Source: Campylobacter gracilis (GTDB lineage: Bacteria > Campylobacterota > Campylobacteria > Campylobacterales > Campylobacteraceae). Taken from it: a DNA stretch of 64,000 nt. This document shows positions 38,684 to 48,981 of the stretch, piece by piece (within the stretch, counting starts at the first letter, position 1; every line of letters starts with the position of its first letter). The DNA lies in assembly GCF_018374135.1 (NCBI RefSeq), contig NZ_JAHAFS010000009.1:12193-76192 (forward strand), given 5' to 3'. The translations under genes were made by a program, and so were the position numbers. The notes under the pieces are model-generated. The model had not been told where the DNA came from. It did not search any database and saw nothing but the letters and a program-made list of their open reading frames with translations.

Positions 38684-39556
38684 ATGAAATGGCAAGACGG
38701 CAGACGAAGCTCAAATATAGAGGATGACCGCGCAAGCAGCATGCGCACGAGCTCGGGCTCGCTTGGGATGCTGATTCCGATCATTAGGTTTTTGCTCGGC
38801 TCAAAGATCGGGCGCATAGTGCTCGTAATCGGCGTGGTGGCGTATTTTATGGGCTACAACCCTTTAGCGCTTTTAGACGGAGGCGCCAGCACGCAAAGAG
38901 AGCCGACCGATAGCCCGCAGGAGCAAGAAAAGCTCGCCTTCGTCTCGGCGGTGCTGGCCCAAACCGAAGACGTTTGGGGCGAGATATTTAAAAGTGCGGG
39001 CGCGCGCTACGAGGAGCCCGGGCTTCGGCTTTTCCGCGATCAGATAGCAAGCGGCTGCGGCTTTGCGAGCGCGCAGACGGGGCCTTTTTATTGCCCGAGA
39101 GATCGTAAAATTTATCTCGATCTTAGCTTTTTCGACGAGCTTGCGAACAAATACAAAGCAGGCGGCGACTTCGCGCAGGCCTACGTCATCGCGCATGAAG
39201 TGGGGCATCACGTCCAAAATTTAGTCGGCACGCTGGAGCAGGTCGCCACTCTAAAAAGGCGCGCTCGCAGCGAAGCCGAGCAAAACGCGCTTCAGGTCAA
39301 AGTCGAGCTACAGGCGGACTGCTACGCTGGGGTCTGGGCGCACTATCTCGCAAAAACAGGGCGCGTGCTGGAGGCGGGCGACATCGACGAGGCGCTAAAT
39401 GCCGCCAGCGCGATCGGCGACGATACGTTGCAGCGCAAATTTAGCGGCCGCGTCGTGCCTGATTCCTTCACGCACGGCACCTCGGCGCAGCGCAAAGAGT
39501 GGTTTAAAAAGGGCTTAGCGGGCGGAAACCTAAAGGCTTGCTCGTTTGAGTCGTAA
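38684..39556 (+). CDS. YpfJ-family putative neutral zinc metallopeptidase (Zn_peptidase_2), membrane-anchored
   Basis: An N-terminal transmembrane segment is followed by the conserved FYCP..KIYLD block and the HEVGHHVQ zinc motif. A TATAAT -10 element lies at about 38655. Confidence 0.75.
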   Translation: MKWQDGRRSSNIEDDRASSMRTSSGSLGMLIPIIRFLLGSKIGRIVLVIGVVAYFMGYNPLALLDGGASTQREPTDSPQEQEKLAFVSAVLAQTEDVWGEIFKSAGARYEEPGLRLFRDQIASGCGFASAQTGPFYCPRDRKIYLDLSFFDELANKYKAGGDFAQAYVIAHEVGHHVQNLVGTLEQVATLKRRARSEAEQNALQVKVELQADCYAGVWAHYLAKTGRVLEAGDIDEALNAASAIGDDTLQRKFSGRVVPDSFTHGTSAQRKEWFKKGLAGGNLKACSFES

Positions 39557-39772
39557 GGTGCGGGCTTTGAGTTAGCTTGTGGGCTAGAAAAGGGCGGTTT
39601 AAATTTTAAAATTTAACGCCGAGCTTGGAAGCGAAATTTTAGAATTTTAATGATCGGCGATTAAAAAGTTCGAACGGCGCGCTCGGTTAGCGCGGCGACG
39701 GCTTGTTTGAGCGCAGGCTTGAATACGGCACAAGAAACCAAAATAGATACGTTAAAATTTATGGAGGCAAAA

Positions 39773-40201
39773 ATGAATAAAATAACCTGCATCTGCCTAG
39801 GCGTGCGAAGCATGCAAAGGGCGCTGAAATTTTACAGAGACGGCCTAGGATTTAAGACGGATTGCAAAGACGACGACCCGCCGGTATGTTTTTTCAAAAC
39901 GCCCGGAACCAAATTTGAGCTCTATCCCTTGGGCGCGCTGGCACGAGATATCAACGAAAACGATCCGCCCAGAGGCAGCGGATTTGGCGGCATCACGCTA
40001 GCCTATAACGTAAAAAACAAAGAGGACGTAGCTAGCGTCATAGAGCTAGTAAAAAAGGCGGGCGGCACCATCGTCAAGGAGCCCCAAGATGCGTTTTGGG
40101 GCGGATACCACGCGTATTTTGCCGATCCGGACGGATACTACTGGGAGGTGGTTTGGGGGCCCGGTTTTAAATTTGACGAGGACGGGCTGCTTAAATTTTA
40201 G
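39773..40201 (+). CDS. VOC (glyoxalase/bleomycin-resistance/dioxygenase) family protein
   Basis: About 142 aa from the internal ATG, which has a GGAGG ribosome-binding site. The blocks ITCICLGVRSMQRALKFYRDGLGF and YFADPDGYYWEVVW are VOC-fold blocks. Confidence 0.7.
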   Translation: MNKITCICLGVRSMQRALKFYRDGLGFKTDCKDDDPPVCFFKTPGTKFELYPLGALARDINENDPPRGSGFGGITLAYNVKNKEDVASVIELVKKAGGTIVKEPQDAFWGGYHAYFADPDGYYWEVVWGPGFKFDEDGLLKF

Positions 40202-40480
40202 ATCAAAATTTCTGCGGCCGAGGCTTGTTTGGAGGCGCCGAAGCCTTTGGCCTAAGCGTGTAAAATTTAAACTCAAAATTTATTACAAATCATCGGGCGG
40301 GTTTTTGGCTCGTATAATTTGCGGCGCCGTTTTTCCCCGCGCTTTGCTCTAAACATCGAGCGAAATTTTACTCTCCGATATGATCTGCGGCACAGATTTT
40401 GCGCGAGGCTAAAATTTACTCGCACCCCGCCCGCTGTTTTACTCGCGCTCGCAGTACCGCTTTGTTCGTATTGCATGCTG

Positions 40481-41008
40481 CTACGCAAAACAAGAAAGCG
40501 GATATTTCGCGGCGCTTTTGTCCGTGAGCGCGGCGAGGAAAAGAGCGATAAATTCCTCGAAGTTTTGCGCAATGACCAGGGCATCCTCATAGATCGGTTC
40601 TGCGCCGAATACGATCTTGCCCGCGTCCGCGCCTTTCGTGAGGATGCCCGCGAAGCAGCGCTCGCCTCTGACCGAAAACAAAAACGGCAAGCACCCGCTC
40701 CAAAACGCGCTCACGGCGGCTCTTTGCTCATCGTTAGCCGCGCACTCTAAGCTGTCTTTTTCAAAATCTTCGTAACAAAATTCCGCCTCATCCGCGCCTG
40801 ACGACGCATAATCCCAGGCAGACACGAACCAAACGGCGTCCGCAGCGTCATGCAAAGTCTCAAAAGAGCAAACGAAGCGGTAAAAATCTTCGCTTAAATT
40901 TTTAAATCTGCCGCCCAAAAATTCGCTTTGCGGCGGGCAAATTTCATCCCTGCGCCGCATCTGCCAGCCGTTTTGCGCCAGCGCATCCATAAGTTCGTCA
41001 AAAACCAT
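40481..41008 (-). CDS. SMI1/KNR4 (SUKH-1) family protein, an immunity-protein-like fold
   Basis: LSEDFYRFVCSF corresponds to the LPxDYxxFL block. WFVSAWDY is present. LPFLFSVRGERCFAGIL...IVFGAEPIYEDALVIAQNFEEFIALFL corresponds to the conserved IPFA..GG...D....iA.sFeEFL C-terminal block. Confidence 0.55.
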   Translation of the reverse strand: MVFDELMDALAQNGWQMRRRDEICPPQSEFLGGRFKNLSEDFYRFVCSFETLHDAADAVWFVSAWDYASSGADEAEFCYEDFEKDSLECAANDEQRAAVSAFWSGCLPFLFSVRGERCFAGILTKGADAGKIVFGAEPIYEDALVIAQNFEEFIALFLAALTDKSAAKYPLSCFA

Positions 41009-41141
41009 CTCGCCTCCCGTAATTTGGCGCCGATTATAGCATTTTACTCGGCGCAGCGACTAAATGCGACTAAATTTATAAAATTTTGCCTACCCGCCGC
41101 GCATAAAAAGAGAAATTTTGCGCGAAATTTTAAAAATTCGG

Positions 41142-41585
41142 CTAAAAATAAAATGACGTTTCCAAATCGCCGCTAAATTTAGGCTCGGCAGAAGGCGTAA
41201 GCCGCAGATGAAAAACGGGCGTATCACTTAAGATAGGCGTATCGTCGCGGGAGGCGGGCGAGCCGCTAAAATTTGCGCTTCGGTATCCGCCTAAAATTTC
41301 CAAGCGGTACCGACCGCACTTTAGCTTAAAGCTTAGGCTGTTTTGCTCGCTTATGCGGCTCATATCTTTAAAATAGCCGATGCCTACGATCTTTAGCGTG
41401 CCTGATGAGTGAAAAACCCAGCCACGAGAGATAATTTTCGCTTCGTTTTGATTAAAAATTTCCTCATCCACCTCGCCCACGGTAACCGCAAAATCGTAAT
41501 AATCGCTGCAAACGCCCAATATCGGCACCGCAATACCCTCTCTTGTAACCGCGCCCCCCCGTGCTCGGTCTGCGAAAATAGGCAA
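41142..41585 (-). CDS. Hypothetical protein that appears to start on TTG
   Basis: This is only an ORF. A G7 run on the coding strand (C7 at 41556-41562 on +) lies in codons 8-10. Confidence 0.3.
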   Translation of the reverse strand: MPIFADRARGGAVTREGIAVPILGVCSDYYDFAVTVGEVDEEIFNQNEAKIISRGWVFHSSGTLKIVGIGYFKDMSRISEQNSLSFKLKCGRYRLEILGGYRSANFSGSPASRDDTPILSDTPVFHLRLTPSAEPKFSGDLETSFYF

Positions 41586-41868
41586 GAACGTCCCCGTTCA
41601 CAAGCCCGTGCTCATCCAGATAGCGCGCTAGCAGCGCGAGGACCCTTTATCACGAAGCCGCCCAGCTCGGAGAAAATTCGCCTTTTCATTCGCACCTTTC
41701 TTTGATCACCGTGCGCGTCGTACGCAGAAATTTTACCGCTCATTTGTCCTCTTTGTCTTTGTTTTGCAGCGCGCGGATAAAATTTTATCACTGCGCTTGC
41801 GCTGGGCTAAATTTTATCCCTACGATCGCGCCGAGAATGAAATTTGAGCCCCATTTCGCGCTCAAATT

Positions 41869-42765
41869 TTACAGCCCGCGGTTTTTCCAGCCGCCGCTCA
41901 TACCTTGGCATCTGTCTACGAGCCAGCGCCCGTCCTTGCGCACGAGCAGGAAGCGGCGCGCAAAGCCGTGTTCGTCCTTGGCGTAGATGTAAATTTTATT
42001 TTTGCTCTCGCATTCGGCATCCGTTAGCTCGTATCCGCCGTAGGTGCCGCCCTCCATCATCGAAAATGAAATGCCCTCGGGGCGGAAGCCGCTACGCCTA
42101 ACGGGCGTGCAGTAGCGCGCAAAGAGCTCGTCGCATCTGCGCTGCACCTCGCCGTCATCCGCGTCATCAATTCGCGATGTGGCAAATTTCTCCCATTCGC
42201 TCATTGCCGCGAAAAATTCTAAAAGTACACTCTGCGCCGCCGCCAGGTCATCTGGATCGAGCTTCTTTTTGTTCTTTGCGGCGTCTCTTTGCGCCTGCTC
42301 AAACTCCGCAATTTGTTCTTTACTAAACTGCCCGCCGTCTAGATAAAACTGGATTTTCGTATCCGCCACGGCTAGCAGACCCGCAAAGCTCACGCGTGAA
42401 TTGATCAGGCGCAGCGATTTTAGCTTCGGGATTTGCACGATCGCTTTTAGCCCCTCGTCCGTGATGCTGACGTTTTCGATACCGACGTGCTCGAGCTTGG
42501 CGTGATTACGAAAATGCCTAAAGCCCTCGCCGCTTATCTTATCGCTATCTTGCAAAAACAGATACGCAAGCTTCGGTAGCGTGGCTAGATGCTGTAGTGC
42601 CGCGTCCGTGATGGTCGTAGCTATAAAGCCCATATTTACGAGGCTTTTTACCTCGCAGATGCGGCGTACCATCTCATCGCTTAGCGCTACGCTTTCGTAG
42701 TGATGGCCTTTGCAGTAGCGCTCGCCAACCGCGTCCAAAGCCTCCTGCATCGTGATCGGTTTCAT
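41869..42765 (-). CDS. Leucine-rich-repeat N-terminal domain fused to an NTF2-fold immunity-like C-terminal domain
   Basis: LRR-like segments include LPKLAYLFL, LEHVGIENVSITDEGLKAI and LKSLRLINSRVS. The C-terminus ends RRFLLVRKDGRWLVDRC...GGW, which is reminiscent of NTF2-like immunity domains. Confidence 0.4.
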   Translation of the reverse strand: MKPITMQEALDAVGERYCKGHHYESVALSDEMVRRICEVKSLVNMGFIATTITDAALQHLATLPKLAYLFLQDSDKISGEGFRHFRNHAKLEHVGIENVSITDEGLKAIVQIPKLKSLRLINSRVSFAGLLAVADTKIQFYLDGGQFSKEQIAEFEQAQRDAAKNKKKLDPDDLAAAQSVLLEFFAAMSEWEKFATSRIDDADDGEVQRRCDELFARYCTPVRRSGFRPEGISFSMMEGGTYGGYELTDAECESKNKIYIYAKDEHGFARRFLLVRKDGRWLVDRCQGMSGGWKNRGL

Positions 42766-43005
42766 CGCTTTTTCCTTAAATTTGATTTTAAAATTTTAAT
42801 GAAATTTTACGATCTGCGCAAGCGCTTAAATTTATGGCGCGGATTTTAGCTCCCACAGCAGAATTAAATTTTGCGGCAATAGCGCGATTGAAATATACTT
42901 TCGTCGTTGAAATTCGGCGTAGAATTTCGGCAACGCTTTTTAAATTTAGCTCGCCGCGCAAAGCAGGCGAGCGGAAAAGGTGCTTTTGTGATTAATTTTT
43001 ACGCA

Positions 43006-44001
43006 TTATTTTTCGCGGCTGCGCTTTTCTTCGATGCCGCTTTGCCCTTGCCTGCGTGTTAGCTCGTCAAGTAGGGCGTCCGGGTGGATATTGTGCGCCG
43101 CAAGCGCGAGTAGAAGGTGAAATAAAAGATCCGCCCCCTCGTAAATCACGTCGTATCGCGGCTCGCCCGCTCTGCGCTCGCCGAAGCCCTCGCGCGCGAC
43201 GTCTGCGTAAAGTCCGCTGCGCGAGAGGTCCTTGCACGCCAGTGCGAACTCGCACGCCTCCTCGGCGATCTTTTTAAGATAAGCGTTTTCGCCCTTCGCG
43301 TAGAGCGAGGCGACGTAGGATAGCGCGGACTCGCCGTTTAGCTTGCGATCCAAGCAGACGTGATAAATTTCGTCTAAAATGCCGTACGGGCTTTTTTTTG
43401 CGGAGTTTTCGAGCGTGGAATTTTGCGAAGAGGCGTCTAAATTTTGCTCGCTGCACTCTGCGGCGGAATTCGTCGCAGAGGGGCTTTGCATTACAGAATT
43501 TTGCTTACCGCAGGAATCGGTAGAATTTTTGGGCGTTAAATTCTGCAAGCCGTCGCAGGAAGCGGAATTTTGCCCTGCGCGGGAATTCGCGGAATTTTTC
43601 TGCACGAGAGAGGTTGCAGAGCCGTGCTCTGCAAAATTTATTGCGCCGCAAGCGCTCGAGTTCTGGATATTTTCGTCGCGTTTTTGCAGCGAAATCTCTT
43701 TGAAAAAACAGCTTCGCGAGCCCGTGTGGCAGGCGGATCCGCCGCATTGCTCGACTTTAAGCAGCAAGGTATCGTTGTCGCAGTCCAAAAAGGCGGATTT
43801 TACAAGCTGAACGTGACCGCTCTCTTCCCCCTTTTTCCAGATGCGTCCCTTGCTGCGCGAGAAGTAGTGTGCGTAGCCCGTTTGCAGCGTCAGGCTTAGC
43901 GCCTCCTCGTTCATATACGCGAGCATCAAAACCACGCCGTCGCCCGCATCCTGAACGATCGCGGGGAGCAGCCCGCTTAATTTTTGCCAATCTACTTTCA
44001 T
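43006..44001 (-). CDS. hisIE: Bifunctional histidine biosynthesis protein HisIE (PR-AMP cyclohydrolase plus PR-ATP pyrophosphatase), with a roughly 110-aa low-complexity linker
   Basis: The N-terminal HisI block is [25 protein letters not shown]...[14 protein letters not shown]. The C-terminal HisE block is [13 protein letters not shown]...EEACEFALA...ADLLFHLL. An Asn/Ser/Ala/Gln-rich insert lies between the two. Confidence 0.85.
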   Translation of the reverse strand: MKVDWQKLSGLLPAIVQDAGDGVVLMLAYMNEEALSLTLQTGYAHYFSRSKGRIWKKGEESGHVQLVKSAFLDCDNDTLLLKVEQCGGSACHTGSRSCFFKEISLQKRDENIQNSSACGAINFAEHGSATSLVQKNSANSRAGQNSASCDGLQNLTPKNSTDSCGKQNSVMQSPSATNSAAECSEQNLDASSQNSTLENSAKKSPYGILDEIYHVCLDRKLNGESALSYVASLYAKGENAYLKKIAEEACEFALACKDLSRSGLYADVAREGFGERRAGEPRYDVIYEGADLLFHLLLALAAHNIHPDALLDELTRRQGQSGIEEKRSREK

Positions 44002-44295
44002 CTTTGATCCTTAGTTTGCGAAGTCGCGCGCGCACTCTGAATTTAGCCGCCGCACGCGGAATTTGAGTTGTGAATTTACGAAGCGCCGCGCCTCGTAAAT
44101 TCAAAGGACAAGCCTAGCGGCTAAATTTAAGCGACCGCTAGGTTTAGATTGCGACGAGCGCGAGTTCTGCTCGTCACGAGCTTTCGCGCTCGCTGTTAAG
44201 TTTAGCTCGCAAAATCGAGAGTTAAGCTTATGCGCCTGGAGCAACTCGCTATTAAATTTAGTTCGCGAAATCAGGGCGCATAACCGCCTGAAATT

Positions 44296-45375
44296 TTAAT
44301 TTTCCCGCTCGATGGCGCTTTGTTTTGCTTTATCTTTCGTATCGACCCAGATGTTAGGCACTGCGCCGCCAGGAGTTAGGAAAATTTTTGCGTCGCTATT
44401 TTCGCGCAACGCCTCGTTAAATTTAGCTTGCGTCTCTATCTGCTTAAGGCTTAAAAGATTTGCATCCAAGCTCTTTGCGACCTCTTTGTTAGCGTAGGCT
44501 TGCGCGTCAGCCTCGATCTTAGCGGCATCGGCGCGACCTTGAGCCTCGATTTTGACGGCGTCTGCGTTACCTTTGGCAAGAGCAGCCTTTTTAAGCGCCT
44601 CTTGATTCGCGCGCTCGACCTCGTATTTGGTGCGCTCAGCCTCCTGTTTGGCGATCTGCACGCTCTCGATCTGCTCCTTTACCTTCGCCGGCAGGATGAT
44701 CTCGCGAAGCTGCACGGCTAGCAGATCTACGGGCGAATTCGGCAGTGCTTCGATATTCTTGCGGATGCCGTCGTCGATCGATTTGGCGATCTCGTCGCGT
44801 TTGGTAGGCAGCTCCTCGGCGGCATAGTTACCGATGACGCTACGCACGACGTCCTTTACACGCGGATCGATGATCTTATCCTCCCACAAAAAGCCCCACT
44901 CGGCGATCGTATTGGGCGCCGTGGCTTCATTGAGCCTGTATTGCACGGTGATGTCGATGCTGACGGGCAAATTTCGCGAATCTAACACCGAAAGCGAGTT
45001 TTTACTGATGATACCGCCCGTGGTGCCGCTTTTAGTAGCGATACCCGCGCTCATATCTTCGCTACTGGTGTAGTTTATGATACGCGTGCGAGTATCTACG
45101 ACGAATACGTCCTGTATGAACGGCACGAAAAAGTGAAGTCCCGCGCCAAGAGGCGTCGGATCGTATTTGCCTAAATTTGACTTGATCCCCACTTCGCCGG
45201 ATTGGATCGTGACGAAGGGTTTTGAGATCACGAACAGCGCGATTATCGCGATTATCGCATAAATCACGCCGCTAAACTTGCCCATTCCTCCAAAATTAGG
45301 AATTTTAAAATTTAAATTCCCGCCTTTTTTGTCGCCATTTTTCTTATTAAAATAATCATTCAAATCCGCAGGCAT
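44296..45375 (-). CDS. SPFH/band-7 (prohibitin/HflKC-like) membrane protein
   Basis: An N-terminal transmembrane segment is followed by a stomatin-like SPFH core and then a long Ala/Lys/Glu-rich coiled-coil tail. Confidence 0.8.
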   Translation of the reverse strand: MPADLNDYFNKKNGDKKGGNLNFKIPNFGGMGKFSGVIYAIIAIIALFVISKPFVTIQSGEVGIKSNLGKYDPTPLGAGLHFFVPFIQDVFVVDTRTRIINYTSSEDMSAGIATKSGTTGGIISKNSLSVLDSRNLPVSIDITVQYRLNEATAPNTIAEWGFLWEDKIIDPRVKDVVRSVIGNYAAEELPTKRDEIAKSIDDGIRKNIEALPNSPVDLLAVQLREIILPAKVKEQIESVQIAKQEAERTKYEVERANQEALKKAALAKGNADAVKIEAQGRADAAKIEADAQAYANKEVAKSLDANLLSLKQIETQAKFNEALRENSDAKIFLTPGGAVPNIWVDTKDKAKQSAIEREN

Positions 45376-45383
45376 GCGCGTCC

Positions 45384-46310
45384 TTATTTAACGTAAGTGA
45401 GCCAGTGCTCAAATTTTGAGTCTTTGCCCGTAACGACGGTGAAATACGCCTTCTGCAAGCGGCTCGTGACCTCGCCCATCTCGCCCTTGCCGATGATCCT
45501 GCCGTCGATGTTGCTAATCGGCGTGACCTCCGCGGCGGTGCCGGTAAAAAACGCCTCATCCGCGGCATAGAGCTGATCGCGAGCGATGCGCTCTCTGCGG
45601 ACCTCGTAGCCCAGGCTGCGAGCGATTTCTATGACTGAATTTTGAGTGATGCTCTCAAGGCTGGTGTCGTTCGGCGGAGTGATGATGACGCCCTCTTTTA
45701 CGATGAATAGACACTCGCCCGGCCCCTCCGCGACGAAGCCCTGCGGATCGAGCAGTATCGCCTCATCGTACCCCGCATCAACTGCCTCAAAATTTGCCAT
45801 TTGCGAGTTGAAATAATTTGCGCTCGCCTTGGCTTTTGCCATCATCGAAAATTGCGCCGGCTTTATCCACGATGAAATTTTGGCTTTGATACCCTTACGT
45901 AGTGCCTCTTCGCCCATATACGCACCCCACTGCCACGCTGCTACGATGACGTTTACCGAGCAGTCCTTGGACGAAACGCCCATCGAGCCATAGCCGAAGT
46001 ACGCTAGCGGGCGAATATAAACGGTCTGATCGAAGCGGTTTTTCGCAACGACGTCAATCTGGGCCTGACGGAGCTGCTCGAAGCTAAACAGAAGCTTGAT
46101 TAAGCAGAGTTTTGCCGAAATTTCAAGCCTGCGAGTGTGCTCGTCCAGGCGAAAAATCGCGTAGCCTTTGTCGGTTTTATAGGCGCGTACGCCCTCAAAT
46201 ACGGCGTTCCCATAGTGCAGAGAATGCGTCAAAACGTGGGTGGTGGCCTCCGCCCAGGGAATTAGTTTGCCGTCTTTCCAGATGAGCTCGGCCTCTTGAA
46301 TTTGTGCCAT
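45384..46310 (-). CDS. ilvE: Branched-chain amino acid aminotransferase
   Basis: 308 aa with blocks LHYGNAVFEGVRAY and FFTGTAAEVTPI of fold-type IV PLP enzymes. Confidence 0.9.
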   Translation of the reverse strand: MAQIQEAELIWKDGKLIPWAEATTHVLTHSLHYGNAVFEGVRAYKTDKGYAIFRLDEHTRRLEISAKLCLIKLLFSFEQLRQAQIDVVAKNRFDQTVYIRPLAYFGYGSMGVSSKDCSVNVIVAAWQWGAYMGEEALRKGIKAKISSWIKPAQFSMMAKAKASANYFNSQMANFEAVDAGYDEAILLDPQGFVAEGPGECLFIVKEGVIITPPNDTSLESITQNSVIEIARSLGYEVRRERIARDQLYAADEAFFTGTAAEVTPISNIDGRIIGKGEMGEVTSRLQKAYFTVVTGKDSKFEHWLTYVK

Positions 46311-46463
46311 TTCTTGATCCTTTTGTTTAAAATTTAATCTACAATTTTAGCTAAAACAATATTAATTTCTAAGAAATTTAAAAGCGGTTGAAATTTGATG
46401 CGATTTTAAGACGCACAACGAGTCGTGAGTTCAAATTTAGCTCGCAACTCGGTGCAGATGGCA

Positions 46464-47576
46464 TTAAAATTCTACGAAAGAAAGTCCGATGCCGATCTTA
46501 TTGACGCTGCGTTTGTAGTCCGCGAGGCTCTCGCCGTAGCCGCCAAAGTAGCGTAGATAGCCGTAAAATCCGCTGTTAAAGATCGGAAAGCTGTAGTTCA
46601 GCTCGATCGCGCCGCGGTTACTGCCGTCAAAATGTAGGTTGTTTCGCCATAGAGCGCTAAGTCGCTGCTTGCCGAAGGTGTATGACGCGCGCAGATCGCC
46701 GTAGCCCATATAATCCGCGATGTCCTCGTTCGTGCGGTCCAGCCAAAACGCATACCAGGCTCTGGGGGTGATCGAAAATCCGTCCGCGCTCCACGTGCTT
46801 TGGGCGTAGAGCCTATTCCATGAGCGCGATTCCTCGCCGCCCTTGCCGTTTGATTCGTGCATTGCGCCTATCTTTAGCTCATCCGCAAACGGTACCGGCG
46901 CGCTAACGTAGAGCTCGGGGCGGTAGTTGCTCTCGCGAAAAGGGGCGCTATCCTGCGTGATCTGCCACCAGGAATTTTGTGCGTAAGCGAACGAAATTTT
47001 CTCTCCAAACCCCAGCGCGTCGTAGGTGATCGGGCGCTCGAAGCTAAACTCAAAATGCAGCTCATCCGCCTTACGATCGGATTTTTTGCTGAAATCGTGG
47101 GTAAAGAGCATATAGATCGGCTCGTAGTATTTAAGCCCTAAAAATCCGAAATTTCGGCCATTTTGCTCGCCTTGCGGGGCGGAATCCAGCGAGGCAGAAT
47201 TTTGCGATAGCGAAGCGGAATTCGATGATACTAAATTTGACGCAGCCGAGTTTGCGTCTGCGAAATTTGACGAAGTGGAATTTGGCGCGGCGGAATTTTT
47301 TGCGACAGAATTTTGCGGCGGCGCAGAGCTTAAAACGGCGGTACCATCGTGCGAAGCGCGGTTTTCTGCGGACGAGGTAGAATTTTCTGCGGTTTTTAGG
47401 CGCAACTTTTCGCCGCTTTCCGCTAGACTTGCCGCGGCGATCTTTTTGTAATAGATCATCGCGTTTTTGTAATCGCCCTTGGCCTCGTATTCGCTAGCCT
47501 TTGCGTATAGTTCGGATAGATCTTGTGCGGTTAGGCTCATGGCGCAAAACGCGAATGCTAGAACTTTAAATTTCAT
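46464..47576 (-). CDS. pldA: Outer-membrane phospholipase A1 (OMPLA)
   Basis: It has a signal peptide. The C-terminal beta-barrel region carries the catalytic H-x-S-N-G motif (GAMHESNG) and ends in an aromatic residue (FVEF). An N-terminal TPR-like segment and an Asn/Ser-rich insert are also present. Confidence 0.75.
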   Translation of the reverse strand: MKFKVLAFAFCAMSLTAQDLSELYAKASEYEAKGDYKNAMIYYKKIAAASLAESGEKLRLKTAENSTSSAENRASHDGTAVLSSAPPQNSVAKNSAAPNSTSSNFADANSAASNLVSSNSASLSQNSASLDSAPQGEQNGRNFGFLGLKYYEPIYMLFTHDFSKKSDRKADELHFEFSFERPITYDALGFGEKISFAYAQNSWWQITQDSAPFRESNYRPELYVSAPVPFADELKIGAMHESNGKGGEESRSWNRLYAQSTWSADGFSITPRAWYAFWLDRTNEDIADYMGYGDLRASYTFGKQRLSALWRNNLHFDGSNRGAIELNYSFPIFNSGFYGYLRYFGGYGESLADYKRSVNKIGIGLSFVEF

Positions 47577-48132
47577 CTACGCCCTTTAAATCGTTTTGAT
47601 AATTTATGTTTAAAAACTGCTCTTTGTTTTTGAAATTTAGCACTTTGGAATTTGCAGATCCGATGAGCGCGCCGATCTTATGTTCCCCCGCGCGGTAGAG
47701 CTCAAGCGCGCGCGGCGCGAGAGCTGCGTCAAAAAATCCGCACAGGCTATGTCTGTGTGCCTCGTCGCCCGCTACGCAAATTTGCCCCTCTTGCTCGCTA
47801 AGAGCGCGAATGGTGGAAATTTCTACAAAGGGCATGTCGGCTGGGATGATAAAAATGCGCTCGCCGCTAAATGGCTTTAGCGCCGAATACAGCGCGCCCA
47901 TCGGCGAAAATTCCTCAAATTCGTCGTAGATCATAGGAAGCGGCGGGTTAAATTTAGAGCTTTTGGTGCAGGCGAAAACCCGCTCAAACTCGCGGTTTAA
48001 GCGCGAAAAAAGAAAGTGCGTCATGCTGGGATGCCCGCGGAATGGAAACAGCGTTTTATCGCTGCCGAAACGCGAGCTTTTGCCGCCGCAGAGAATGACG
48101 CAGGTATTCATAGAAATTTCACCGGCTTTCAT
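47566..48132 (-). CDS. mobA: Molybdenum cofactor guanylyltransferase
   Basis: VILCGGKSSRFG is the MobA N-terminal nucleotide-binding motif. Length is about 180 aa. Confidence 0.85.
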   Translation of the reverse strand: MKAGEISMNTCVILCGGKSSRFGSDKTLFPFRGHPSMTHFLFSRLNREFERVFACTKSSKFNPPLPMIYDEFEEFSPMGALYSALKPFSGERIFIIPADMPFVEISTIRALSEQEGQICVAGDEAHRHSLCGFFDAALAPRALELYRAGEHKIGALIGSANSKVLNFKNKEQFLNINYQNDLKGVDEI

Positions 48133-48180
48133 CGATCTCTATCGCGGCGAAATTTTAAATTTGAAAGAAGCGCGGACATA

Positions 48181-48981
48181 TCAGTCTTTTTGCATATATT
48201 TTGCTTTGCCCAGGGCGTTGTTTGCGATGAATTGATAAAGGCTCGGCGCTTGAAGCTTCGCTAGCTCGGGGTATTTGGCTTTAAGCGTCTTCCAGATGTC
48301 ATAGACTCGCATACCGCTTGCATAAAGCTTCATAATCTCGCTAAAATGCGGATCGTAAAGGCTCGGCTTTTTATACAGCGAGAGTTTGCGGTCGGTATCT
48401 AACACTGCGTTTGCCTCGATAAAATTCGCCAGATCGCGCTCGCTTACTTTGGCAAAATCCTTTTCGTAATGAGCCTTCATATATTTTAAAATTTCTTTAT
48501 TGCTAACGCCTTGGAAGTGCATTTTTTTGATCTCGAAGCGATATGCGTATAAGAAATCCTCGCTTTTTTTGGCGGTTGCGCGAAGTCTTGTTTTTTCATC
48601 TTTGAACGTCACGGAGATAAAGTGCGTAAGCCCGGGCGCAGTAACGGCGTTTTTGAACGCTTCGTCCTCCTCGCCGATCTTTTTTAGGATCGCCTTGACG
48701 GTGTAGCCCTCGGCAATAAGGTTTGAAATTTTATCTTTATACGGTTTGTAGTCGAATCGCACGCGCCTAAAGCCCGTCTCGACACTGATTTTTTTGTATA
48801 TCCTCGCATGCTCTCTAGATGTAAAATACCTCGATTTCAGCCCTTTGCGGAGTTGTTCGGCAACCGCGGTAAAATCGTCATAATCGGCGATAGATGCGAT
48901 TAATTCCTTTTCGTTTACGACCCTGCCGTTAACGACCGCGATGGTAATGACCTTCATATTTTCTCCTTTGGTTGGGTACAA
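48181..48981 (-). CDS. Hypothetical Lys-rich protein in a visibly AT-rich patch
   Basis: This is only an ORF with no motif recognised. The locally lower GC suggests it was acquired. Confidence 0.4.
   Translation of the reverse strand: MYPTKGENMKVITIAVVNGRVVNEKELIASIADYDDFTAVAEQLRKGLKSRYFTSREHARIYKKISVETGFRRVRFDYKPYKDKISNLIAEGYTVKAILKKIGEEDEAFKNAVTAPGLTHFISVTFKDEKTRLRATAKKSEDFLYAYRFEIKKMHFQGVSNKEILKYMKAHYEKDFAKVSERDLANFIEANAVLDTDRKLSLYKKPSLYDPHFSEIMKLYASGMRVYDIWKTLKAKYPELAKLQAPSLYQFIANNALGKAKYMQKD

Noticed and set aside
43056-44104. Multiple 60-143-aa ORFs on both strands across hisIE
   Set aside because: All overlap the HisIE coding sequence. They are Arg/Ala-rich shadow ORFs typical of GC-rich coding DNA.
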